Shown one piece after another: positions 51,065 through 63,300 of a stretch of 64,000 nt of DNA. The notes beneath the pieces were generated by a model. It searched no databases. It had not been told where the DNA came from and worked only from the letters and a program-made list of their open reading frames with translations. The translations under genes were made by a program, and so were the position numbers. Each line of letters begins with the position of its first letter. The first letter of the stretch is position 1. Source of the DNA: Eledone cirrhosa (taxonomy: Eukaryota); the NCBI GenBank assembly GCA_964016885.1, contig CAXHJY010000898.1, forward strand, positions 186,001 through 250,000, written 5' to 3'.

Positions 51065-54000
51065 TTAGCTTTGCTTAGGATAGCTTAGCTTAGCTTAGCT
51101 TAGGATAGCTTAGCTTAGCTTAGCTTAGGATAGCTTAGCTTAGCTTAGCTTAGGATAGCTTAGCTTAGCTTAGCTTAGGATAGCTTAGCTTAGCTTAGCT
51201 TAGGATAGCTTAGCTTAGCTTAGCTTAGGATCGCTTAGCTTAGCTTAGCTTAGGATAGCTTAGCTTAGCTTAGGATAGCTTAGCTTAGCTTAGCTTAGGA
51301 TAGCTTAGCTTAGCTTAGGATAGCTTAGGATAGCTTAGCTTAGGAGAGCTTAGCTTAGCTTAGCTTAGGATAGCTTAGCTTAGCTTAGCTTAGGATAGCT
51401 TAGCTTAACTTAGCTTAGGATAGCTTAGCTTAGCTTAACTTAGGATAGCTTAGCTTAGCTTAGCTTAGGATAGCTTAGCTTAGCTTAGCTTAGGATAGCT
51501 TAGCTTAGCTTAGCTTAGGATAGCTTAGGATAGCTTAGCTTAGGATAGCTTAGGATAGCTTACCTTAGGAGAGCTTAGCTTAGGATAGCTTAGCTTAGGA
51601 TAGCTTAGGATAGCTTAGCTTAGGATAGCTTAGCTTAGGATAGCTTAGCTTAGGATAGCTTAGGATAGCTTAGCTTAGCTTAGCTTAGGATAGCTTAGCT
51701 TAGCTTAGCTTAGGATAGCTTAGCTTAGCTTAGCTTAGGATAGCTTAGCTTAGCTTAGCTTAGGATAGCTTAGGATAGCTTAGCTTAGGATAGCTTAGGA
51801 TAGCTTAGCTTAGGATAGCTTAGGATAGCTTAGCTTAGGATAGCTTAGCTTAGGATAGCTTAGCTTAGGATAGCTTAGGATAGCTTAGCTCAGGATAGCT
51901 TAGGATAGCTTAGCTTAGGATAGCTTAGCTTAGGATAGCTTAGGATAGCTTAGCTTAACTTAGCTTAGGAAAGCTTAGCTTAGCTTAGCTTAGGATAGCT
52001 TAGCTTAGCTTAGCTTAGGATAGCTTAGCTTAGCTTAGCTTAGGATAGCTTAGGATAGCTTAGCTTAGGATAGCTTAGGATAGCTTAGCTTAGGATAGCT
52101 TAGGATAGTTTAGCTTAGGATAGCTTAGCTTAGGATAGCTTAGGATAGCTTAGCTTAGCTTAGCTTAGGATAGCTTAGGATAGCTTAGCTTAGGATAGCT
52201 TAGGATAGCTTAGCTTAGGATAGATTAGGATAGCTTAGCTTAGGATAGCTTAGGATAGCTTAGCTTAGGATAGCTTAGCTTAGGATAGCTTAGCTTAGCT
52301 TAGCTTAGGATAGCTTAGCTTGGGATAGCTTAGGATAGCTTAGCTTAGGATAGCTTAGGATAGCTTAGCTTAGCTTAGCTTAGGATAGCTTAGCTTAGCT
52401 TAGCTTAGGATAGCTTAGCTTAGCTTAGGATAGCTTAGCTTAGCTTAGCTTAGGATAGCTTAGCTTAGCTTAGCTTAGGATTGCTTAGCTTAGCTTAGCT
52501 TAGGATAGCTTAGCTTAGCTTAGCTTAGGATAGCTTAGCTTAGCTTAGCTTAGGATAGCTTAGCTTAGCTTAGCTTAGAATAGCTTAGCTTAGGATAGCT
52601 TAGCTTAGGATAGCTTAGCTTAGGATAGCTTAGCTTAGGATAGCTTAGGATAGCTTAGCTTAGGATAGCTTAGGATAGCTTAGCTTAGGATAGCTTAGCT
52701 TAGCTTAGCTTAGGATAGCTTAGCTTAGCTTAGGATAGCTTAGCTTAGCTTAGCTTAGGATAGCTTAGCTTAGGATAGCTTAGGAAAGCTTAGCTTAGCT
52801 TAGCTTAGGATAGCTTAGCTTAGCTTAGCTTAGGATAGCTTAGCTTAGCTTAGGATAGCTTAGCTTAGCTTAGCTTAGGATAGCTTAGCTTAGCTTAGTT
52901 TAGGATAGCTTAGCTTAGCTTAGCTTAGGATAGCTTAGCTTGGCTTAGCTTAGGATAGCTTAGCTTAGCTTAGCTTAGGAAAGCTTAGCTTAGGATAGCT
53001 TAGCTTAGCTTAGCTTAGGATAGCTTAGCTTAGCTTAGCTTAGGATAGCTTAGCTTAGGATAGCTTAGCTTAGCTTAGCTTAGGATAGCTTAGCATAGCT
53101 TAGCTTAGGATAGCTTAGCTTAGCTTAGCTTAGGATAGCTTAGCTTAGCTTAGCTTAGGATAGCTTAGCTTAGCTTAGCTTAGGATAGCTTAGCTTAGCT
53201 TAGCTTAGGATAGCTTAGCTTAGCTTAGCTTAGGATAGCTTAGCATAGCTTAGCTTAGGATAGCTTAGCTTAGCTTAGCTTAGGATAGCTTAGCTTAGCT
53301 TAGGATAGCTTAGCTTAGCTTGGCTTAGGATAGCTTAGCTTAGCTTGGCTTAGGATAGCTTAGCTTAGCTTAGCTTAGGATAGCTTAGCTTAGGATAGCT
53401 TAGGATAGCTTAGCTTAGCTTAGCTTAGGATAGCTTAGCTTAGTTTAGGATAGCTTAGCTTAGCTTAGCTTAGGATAGCTTAGGATAGCTTAGCTTAGGA
53501 TAGCTTAGGATAGCTTAGCTTAGGATAGCTTAGGATAGCTTAGCTTAGGATAGCTTAGGATAGCTTAGGTTAGGATAGCTTAGCTTAGGATAGCTTAGGA
53601 TAGCTTAGCTTAGGATAGCTTAGGATAGCTTAGCTTAGGATAGCTTAGGATAGCTTAGCTTAGGATAGCTTAGCTTAGGATAGCTTAGGAAAGCTTAGCT
53701 TAGCTTAGCTTAGGATAGCTTAGCTTAGCTTAGCTTAGGATAGCTTAGCTTAGCTTAGCTTAGGATAGCTTAGGATAGCTTAGCTTAGGATAGCTTAGGA
53801 TAGCTTAGCTTAGGATAGCTTAGCTTAGGATAGCTTAGCTTAGGATAGCTTAGGATAGCTTAGCTTAGGATAGCTTAGGATAGCTTAGCTTAGGATAGCT
53901 TAGCTTAGGATAGCTTAGGATAGCTTAGCTTAGCTTAGGATAGCTTAGCTTAGCTTAGCTTAGCTTAGGATAGCTTAGCTTAGCTTAGGATAGCTTAGGA

Positions 54001-57000
54001 TAGCTTAGCTTAGGATAGCTTAGGATAGCTTAGCTTAGGATAGCTTAGGATAGCTTAGCTTAGGATAGCTTAGGATAGCTTAGCTTAGGATAGCTTAGCT
54101 TAGGATAGCTTAGCTTAGCTTAGCTTAGGATAGCTTAGCTTAGGATAGCTTAGGATATCTTAGGTTAGGATAGCTTAGCTTAGGATAGCTTAGGATAGAT
54201 TAGCTTAGCTTAGCTTAGGATAGCTTAGCTTAGCTTAGCTTAGGATAGCTTAGCTTAGCTTAGGATAGCTTAGCTTAGCTTAGCTTAGGATAGCTTAGCT
54301 TAGCTTAGCTTAGGATAGCTTAGCTTAGCTTAGGATAGCTTAGCTTAGCTTAGCTTAGGATAGCTTAGCTTAGCTTAGCTTAGGATAGCTTAGCTTAGGA
54401 TAGCTTAGCTTAGGATAGCTTAGCTTAGGTTAGCTTAGCTTAGCTTAGCTTAGGATAGCTTAGGATAGCTTAGCTTAGGATAACTTAGCTTAGCTTAGCT
54501 TAGGATAGCTTAGCTTAGCTTAGCTTAGGATAGCTTAGCTTAGCTTAGCTTAGGATAGCTTAGCTTAGGATAGCTTAGGATTGCTTAGCTTAGCTTAGCT
54601 TAGGATAGCTTAGCTTAGCTTAGCTTAGGATAGCTTAGCTTAGCTTAGCTTAGGATAGCTTAGCTTAGCTTAGGATAGCTTAGCTTAGCTTAGCTTAGGA
54701 TAGCTTAGCTTAGCTTAGCTTAGGATAGCTTAGCTTAGCTTAGCTTAGGATAGCTTAGGATAGCTTAGGATAGCTTAGCTTAGCTTAGCTTAGGATAGCT
54801 TAGCTTAGCTTAGGATAGCTTAGCTTAGCTTAGCTTAGGATAGCTTAGCTTAGCTTAGGATAGCTTAGCTTAGCTTAGCTTAGGATAGCTTAGCTTAGCT
54901 TAGCTTAGGATAGCTTAGCTTAGCTTAGCTTAGGATAGCTTAGCTTAGCTTAGCTTAGGATAGCTTAGCTTAGCTTAGCTTAGGATAGATTAGCTTAGCT
55001 TAGGATAGCTTAGCTTAGCTTAGCTTAGGAAAGCTTAGCTTAGCTTAGGATAGCTTAGCTTAGCTTAGCTTAGGAGAGCTTAGCTTAGCTTAGCTTAGGA
55101 TAGCTTAGCTTAGCTTAGCTTAGGATAGCTTAGCTTAGCTTAGGTAGCTTAGCTTAGCTTAGCTTAGGATAGCTTAGCTTAGCTTAGCTTAGCTTAGGAT
55201 AGCTTAGCTTAGCTTAGCTTAGGAGAGCTTAGCTTAGCTTAGCTTAGGATAGCTTAGGATAGCTTAGCTTAGGATAGCTTAGGATAGCTTAGCTTAGGAT
55301 AGCTTAGCTTAGGATAGCTTAGCTTAGGATAGCTTAGGATAGCTTAGCTTAGCTTAGCTTAGGATAGCTTAGCTTAGCTTAGCTTAGGATAGCTTAGCTT
55401 AGGTTAGCTTAGCTTAGCTTAGCTTAGCTTAGGATAGCTTAGCTTAGGATAGCTTAGGATAGCTTAGGATAGCTTAGCTTAGGATAGCTTAGCTTAGGAT
55501 AGCTTAGGATAGCTTAGCTTAGGATAGCTTAGGATAGCTTAGCTTAGGATAGCTTAGCTTAGGATAGCTTAGGATAGCTTAGCTTAGCTTAGCTTAGGAT
55601 AGCTTAGCTTAGCTTAGCTTAGGATCGCTTAGCTTAGCTTAGGATTGCTTAGCTTAGCTTAGCTTAGGATAGCTTAGGATAGCTTAGCTTAGGATAGCTT
55701 AGCTTAGGATAGCTTAGGATAGCTTAGGATAGCTTAGCTTAGCTTAGCTTAGGATAGCTTAGCTTAGCTTAGCTTAGGATAGCTTAGCTTAGCTTAGCTT
55801 AGGATAGCTTAGCTTAGCTTAGGATAGCTTAGCTTAGCTTAGCTTAGGATAGCTTAGCTTAGCTTAGCTTAGGACAGCTTAGCTTAGCTTAGCTTAGGAT
55901 AGCTTAGCTTAGCTTAGGATAGCTTAGCTTAGCTTAGCTTAGGATAGCTTAGCTTAGGATAGCTTAGCTTAGGATAGCTTAGCTTGGGTTAGCTTAGCTT
56001 AGCTTAGCTTAGGATAGCTTAGGATAGCTTAGCTTAGGATAGCTTAGCTTAGGATAGCTTAGGATAGCTTAGCTTAGGATAGCTTAGGATAGCTTAGCTT
56101 AGGATAGCTTAGCTTAGCTTAGCTTAGGATAGCTTAGCTTAGCTTAGGATAGCTTAGCTTAGCTTAGGATAGCTTAGCTTAGGATAGCTTAGGAAAGCTT
56201 AGCTTAGCTTAGCTTAGGATAGCTTAGCTTAGCTTAGCTTAGGATAGCTTAGCTTAGCTTAGGATAGCTTAGCTTAGCTTAGCTTAGGATAGCTTAGCTT
56301 AGCTTAGTTTAGGATAGCTTAGCTTAGCTTAGCTTAGGATAGCTTAGCTTGGCTTAGCTTAGGATAGCTTAGCTTAGCTTAGCTTAGGATAGCTTAGCTT
56401 AGGATAGCTTAGCTTAGCTTAGCTTAGGATAGCTTAGCTTAGCTTAGCTTAGGATAGCTTAGCTTAGGATAGCTTAGCTTAGCTTAGCTTAGGATAGCTT
56501 AGCATAGCTTAGCTTAGGATAGCTTAGCTTAGCTTAGCTTAGGATAGCTTAGCTTAGCTTAGGATAGCTTAGCTTAGCTTAGCTTAGGATAGCTTAGCTT
56601 AGCTTAGCTTAGGATAGCTTAGCTTAGCTTAGCTTAGGAAAGCTTAGCATAGCTTAGCTTAGGATAGCTTAGCTTAGCTTAGCTTAGGATAGCTTAGCTT
56701 AGCTTAGGATAGCTTAGCTTAGCTTGGCTTAGGATAGCTTAGCTTAGCTTGGCTTAGGATAGCTTAGCTTAGCTTAGCTTAGGATAGCTTAGCTTAGGAT
56801 AGCTTAGGATAGCTTAGCTTAGCTTAGCTTAGGATAGCTTAGCTTAGTTTAGGATAGCTTAGCTTAGCTTAGCTTAGGATAGCTTAGGATAGCTTAGCTT
56901 AGGATAGCTTAGGATAGCTTAGCTTAGGATAGCTTAGGATAGCTTAGCTTAGGATAGCTTAGGATAGCTTAGGTTAGGATAGCTTAGCTTAGGATAGCTT

Positions 57001-59320
57001 AGGATAGCTTAGCTTAGGATAGCTTAGGATAGCTTAGCTTAGGATAGCTTAGGATAGCTTAGCTTAGGATAGCTTAGCTTAGGATAGCTTAGGAAAGCTT
57101 AGCTTAGCTTAGCTTAGGATAGCTTAGCTTAGCTTAGCTTAGGATAGCTTAGCTTAGCTTAGCTTAGGATAGCTTAGGATAGCTTAGCTTAGGATAGCTT
57201 AGGATAGCTTAGCTTAGGATAGCTTAGCTTAGGATAGCTTAGCTTAGGATAGCTTAGGATAGCTTAGCTTAGGATAGCTTAGGATAGCTTAGCTTAGGTA
57301 GCTTAGCTTAGGATAGCTTAGGATAGCTTAGCTTAGCTTAGCTTAGGATAGCTTAGCTTAGCTTAGGATAGCTTAGCTTAGCTTAGCTTAGCTTAGGATA
57401 GCTTAGCTTAGCTTAGGATAGCTTAGGATAGCTTAGCTTAGGATAGCTTAGGATAGCTTAGCTTAGGATAGCTTAGGATAGCTTAGCTTAGGATAGCTTA
57501 GGATAGCTTAGCTTAGGATAGCTTAGCTTAGGATAGCTTAGCTTAGCTTAGCTTAGGATAGCTTAGCTTAGGATAGCTTAGGTTATCTTAGGTTAGGATA
57601 GCTTAGCTTAGGATAGCTTAGGATAGATTAGCTTAGCTTAGCTTAGGATAGCTTAGCTTAGCTTAGCTTAGGATAGCTTAGCTTAGGATAGCTTAGCTTA
57701 GCTTAGCTTAGGATAGCTTAGCTTAGCTTAGCTTAGGATAGCTTAGCTTAGCTTAGGATAGCTTAGCTTAGCTTAGCTTAGGATAGCTTAGCTTAGCTTA
57801 GCTTAGGATAGCTTAGCTTAGGATAGCTTAGCTTAGGATAGCTTAGCTTAGGTTAGCTTAGCTTAGCTTAGCTTAGGATAGCTTAGGATAGCTTAGCTTA
57901 GGATAACTTAGCTTAGCTTAGCTTAGGATAGCTTAGCTTAGCTTAGCTTAGGATAGCTTAGCTTAGCTTAGCTTAGGATAGCTTAGCTTAGGATAGCTTA
58001 GGATTGCTTAGCTTAGCTTAGCTTAGGATAGCTTAGCTTAGCTTAGCTTAGGATAGCTTAGCTTAGCTTAGGATAGCTTAGCTTAGCTTAGCTTAGGATA
58101 GCTTAGCTTAGCTTAGCTTAGGATAGCTTAGCTTAGCTTAGGATAGCTTAGCTTAGCTTAGCTTAGGATAGCTTAGCTTAGCTTAGCTTAGGATAGATTA
58201 GCTTAGCTTAGGATAGCTTAGCTTAGCTTAGCTTAGGAAAGCTTAGCTTAGCTTAGGATAGCTTAGCTTAGCTTAGCTTAGGAGAGCTTAGCTTAGCTTA
58301 GCTTAGGATAGCTTAGCTTAGCTTAGCTTAGGATAGCTTAGCTTAGCTTAGGTAGCTTAGCTTAGCTTAGCTTAGGATAGCTTAGCTTAGCTTAGCTTAG
58401 CTTAGGATAGCTTAGCTTAGCTTAGCTTAGGAGAGCTTAGCTTAGCTTAGCTTAGGATAGCTTAGGATAGCTTAGCTTAGGATAGCTTAGGATAGCTTAC
58501 CTTAGGAGAGCTTAGCTTAGGATAGCTTAGCTTAGGATAGCTTAGGATAGCTTAGCTTAGGATAGCTTAGCTTAGGATAGCTTAGCTTAGGATAGCTTAG
58601 GATAGCTTAGCTTAGCTTAGCTTAGGATAGCTTAGCTTAGCTTAGCTTAGGATAGCTTAGCTTAGGTTAGCTTAGCTTAGCTTAGCTTAGCTTAGGATAG
58701 CTTAGCTTAGGATAGCTTAGGATAGCTTAGGATAGCTTAGCTTAGGATAGCTTAGCTTAGGATAGCTTAGGATAGCTTAGCTTAGGATAGCTTAGGATAG
58801 CTTAGCTTAGGATAGCTTAGCTTAGGATAGCTTAGGATAGCTTAGCTTAGCTTAGCTTAGGATAGCTTAGCTTAGCTTAGCTTAGGATAGCTTAGCTTAG
58901 CTTAGGATTGCTTAGCTTAGCTTAGCTTAGGATAGCTTAGGATAGCTTAGCTTAGGATAGCTTAGCTTAGGATAGCTTAGGATAGCTTAGGATAGCTTAG
59001 CTTAGCTTAGCTTAGGATAGCTTAGCTTAGCTTAGCTTAGGATAGCTTAGCTTAGCTTAGCTTAGGATAGCTTAGCTTAGCTTAGGATAGCTTAGCTTAG
59101 CTTAGCTTAGGATAGCTTAGCTTAGCTTAGCTTAGGACAGCTTAGCTTAGCTTAGCTTAGGATAGCTTAGCTTAGCTTAGGATAGCTTAGCTTAGCTTAG
59201 CTTAGGATAGCTTAGCTTAGGATAGCTTAGCTTAGGATAGCTTAGCTTGGGTTAGCTTAGCTTAGCTTAGCTTAGGATAGCTTAGGATAGCTTAGCTTAG
59301 GATAGCTTAGCTTAGCTTAG
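51065..59320 (+). repeat. ~8.3-kb block paralogous to ~24860-33250 (offset ~26.1-26.3 kb), including its internal ~3.3-kb duplication
   Basis: TTTGC 24866/51070, ATCGC 25026/51230, TTACC 25356/51560, TTAAC 25751/51955 (all offset 26204); ATATC 27991/54155; TTGGG 29850/55984 and 33184/59247; AAAGCTTAGCATAGC 30370/56639. Confidence 0.82.
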
Positions 59321-60399
59321 CTTAGGATAGCTTAGCTTAGCTTAGCTTAGGATAGCTTAGCTTAGGTTAGCTTAGGATAGCTTAGGATAGCTTAGCTTAG
59401 GATAGCTTAGGATAGCTTAGCTTAGGATAGCTTAGCTTAGGATAGCTTAGCTTAGGTTAGCTTAGCTTAGCTTAGCTTAGGATAGCTTAGGATAGCTTAG
59501 CTTAGGATAGCTTAGCTTAGCTTAGCTTAGGATAGCTTAGCTTAGGATAGCTTAGGATAGCTTAGCTTAGGATAGCTTAGCTTAGGATAGCTTAGCTTAG
59601 GATAGCTTAGGATAGCTTAGCTTAGCTTAGCTTAGGATAGCTTAGCTTAGCTTAGCTTAGGATAGCTTAGCTTAGGTTAGCTTAGCTTAGCTTAGCTTAG
59701 GATAGCTTAGCTTAGGATAGCTTAGGATAGCTTTGCTTAGGATAGCTTAGCTTAGGATAGCTTAGGATAGCTTAGCTTAGGATAGCTTAGAATAGCTTAG
59801 CTTAGGATAGCTTAGCTTAGGATAGCTTAGGATAGCTTAGCTTAGCTTAGCTTAGGATAGCTTAGCTTAGCTTAGCTTAGGATAGCTTAGCTTAGCTTAG
59901 CTTAGGATTGCTTAGCTTAGCTTAGCTTAGGATAGCTTAGGATATCTTAGCTTAGGATAGCTTAGGATAGCTTAGGATAGCTTAGCTTAGCTTAGCTTAG
60001 GATAGCTTAGCTTAGCTTAGCTTAGGATAGCTTAGCTTAGCTTAGCTTAGGATAGCTTAGCTTAGCTTAGGATAGCTTAGCTTAGCTTAGCTTAGGATAG
60101 CTTAGCTTAGCTTAGCTTAGGATAGCTTAGCTTAGCTTAGGATAGCTTAGCTTAGCTTAGGATAGCTTAGCTTAGCTTAGCTTAGGATAGCTTAGCTTAG
60201 CTTAGCTTAGGATAGCTTAGCTTAGCTTAGCTTAGGATAGCTTAGCTTAGCTTAGCTTAGGATAGCTTAGCTTAGCTTAGCTTAGGATAGCTTAGCTTAG
60301 CTTAGCTTAGGATAGCTTAGCTTAGCTTAGCTTAGGATAGCTTAGCTTAGCTTAGCTTAGGATAGCTTAGCTTAGCTTAGCTTAGGATAGCTTAGCTTA

Positions 60400-63300
60400 G
60401 CTTGGCTTAGGATAGCTTAGCTTAGCTTGGCTTAGGATAGCTTAGCTTAGCTTAGCTTAGGATAGCTTAGCTTAGCTTAGCTTAGGATAGCTTAGCTTAG
60501 CTTAGCTTAGGATAGCTTAGCTTAGCTTAGCTTAGGATAGCTTAGCTTAGTTTAGGATAGCTTAGCTTAGCTTAGCTTAGGATAGCTTAGGATAGCTTAG
60601 CTTAGGATAGCTTAGGATAGCTTAGCTTAGGATAGCTTAGGATAGCTTAGGTTAGGATAGCTTAGCTTAGGATAGCTTAGGATAGCTTAGCTTAGGATAG
60701 CTTAGGATAGCTTAGCTTAGGATAGCTTAGGATAGCTTAGCTTAGGATAGCTTAGCTTAGGATAGTTTAGGAAAGCTTAGCTTAGCTTAGCTTAGGATAG
60801 CTTAGCTTAGCTTAGCTTAGGATAGCTTAGCTTAGCTTAGCTTAGGATAGCTTAGGATAGCTTAGCTTAGGATAGCTTAGGATAGCTTAGCTTAGGATAG
60901 CTTAGCTTAGGAGAGCTTAGCTTAGGATAGCTTAGGATAGCTTAGCTTAGGATAGCTTAGGATAGCTTAGCTTAGGATAGCTTAGCTTAGGATAGCTTAG
61001 GATAGCTTAGCTTAGCTTAGCTTAGGATAGCTTAGCTTAGCTTAGCTTAGGATAGCTTAGCTTAGCTTAGCTTAGCTTAGGATAGCTTATCTTAGCTTAG
61101 CTTAGGATAGCTTAGGATAGCTTAGCTTAGGATAGCTTAGGATAGCTTAGCTTAGGATAGCTTAGGATAGCTTAGCTTAGGATAGCTTAGGATAGCTTAG
61201 CTTAGGATAGCTTAGCTTAGGATAGCTTAGCTTAGCTTAGCTTAGGATAGCTTAGCTTAGGATAGCTTAGGATAGCTTAGCTTAGGATAGCTTAGCTTAG
61301 CTTAGCTTAGGATAGCTTAGCTTAGCTTAGCTTAGGATAGCTTAGCTTAGCTTAGCTTAGGATAGCTTAGCTTAGCTTAGGATAGCTTAGCTTAGCTTAG
61401 CTTAGGAAAGCTTAGCTTAGCTTAGCTTAGGATAGCTTAGCTTAGGATAGCTTAGCTTAGGATAGCTTAGCTTAGGTTAGCTTAGCTTAGCTTAGCTTAG
61501 GATAGCTTAGGATAGCTTAGCTTAGGATAGCTTAGCTTAGCTTAGGATAGCTTAGCCTAGCTTAGCTTAGGATAGCTTAGCTTAGCTTAGCTTAGGATAG
61601 CTTAGCATAGGATAGCTTAGGATAGCTTAGCTTAGCTTAGCTTAGGATAGCTTAGCTTAGCTTAGGATAGCTTAGCTTAGCTTAGCTTAGGATAGCTTAG
61701 CTTAGCTTAGCTTAGGATAGCTTAGCTTAGGTTAGCTTAGGATAGCTTAGGATAGCTTAGGATAGCTTAGCTTAGCTTAGCTTAGGATAGCTTAACTTAG
61801 CTTAGGATAGCTTAGCTTAGCTTAGCTTAGGATAGCTTAGCTTAGCTTAGCTTAGGATAGCTTAGCTTAGCTTAGCTTAGGATAGCTTAGCTTAGCTTAG
61901 CTTAGGATAGCTTAGCTTAGCTTAGCTTAGGATAGCTTAGCTTAGCTTAGAATAGCTTAGCTTAGGATAGCTTAGCTTAGGATAGCTTAGGATAGCTTAG
62001 CTTAGGATAGCTTAGGATAGCTTAGCTTAGGATAGCTTAGCTTAGCTTAGCTTAGGATAGCTTAGCTTAGCTTAGGATAGCTTAGCTTAGCTTAGCTTAG
62101 GATAGCTTAGCTTAGGATAGCTTAGGAAAGCTTAGCTTAGCTTAGCTTAGCTTAGCTTAGCTTAGCTTAGCTTAGCTTAGGATAGCTTAGCTTAGCTTAG
62201 GATAGTTTAGCTTAGCTTAGCTTAGGATAGCTTAGCTTAGCTTAGCTTAGGATAGCTTAGCTTAGCTTAGCTTAGGATAGCTTAGCTTAGCTTAGGATAG
62301 CTTAGCTTAGCTTAGCTTAGGATAGCTTAGCTTAGCTTAGGATAGCTTAGCTCAGCTTAGCTTAGGATAGCTTAGCTTAGCTTAGCTTAGGATAGCTTAG
62401 CTTAGGATAGCTTAGCTTAGCTTAGGATAGCTTAGCTTAGCTTAGCTTAGGATAGCTTAGCTTAGCTTAGCTTAGGATAGCTTAGCTTAGCTTAGCTTAG
62501 TATAGCTTAGCTTAGCTTAGCTTAGGATAGCTTAGCTTAGCTTAGCTTAGGATAGCTTAGCTTAGCTTAGCTTAGGATAGCTTAGCTTAGCTTAGCTTAG
62601 GATAGCTTAGCTTAGCTTAGCTTAGGATAGCTTAGCTTAGCTTGGCTTAGGATAGCTTAGCTTAGCTTGGCTTAGGATAGCTTAGCTTAGCTTAGCTTAG
62701 GATAGCTTAGCTTAGCTTAGCTTAGCTTAGCTTAGCTTAGGATAGCTTAGCTTAGCTTAGCTTAGCTTAGGATAGCTTAGCTTAGCTTAGCTTAGCTTAG
62801 GATAGCTTAGCTTAGCTTAGCTTAGCTTAGCTTAGGATAGCTTAGCTTAGCTTAGCTTAGGATAGCTTAGCTTAGTTTAGGATAGCTTAGCTTAGCTTAG
62901 CTTAGGATAGCTTAGGATAGCTTAGCTTAGGATAGCTTAGGATAGCTTAGCTTAGGATAGCTTAGGATAGCTTAGGTTAGGATAGCTTAGCTTAGGATAG
63001 CTTAGGATAGCTTAGCTTAGGATAGCTTAGGATAGCTTAGCTTAGGATAGCTTAGGATAGCTTAGCTTAGAATAGCTTAGCTTAGGATAGCTTAGGAAAG
63101 CTTAGCTTAGCTTAGCTTAGGATAGCTTAGCTTAGCTTAGCTTAGGATAGCTTAGCTTAGCTTAGCTTAGGATAGCTTAGGATAGCTTAGCTTAGGATAG
63201 CTTAGGATAGCTTAGCTTTGGATAGCTTAGCTTAGGAGAGCTTAGCTTAGGATAGCTTAGGATAGCTTAGCTTAGGATAGCTTAGGATAGCTTAGCTTAG

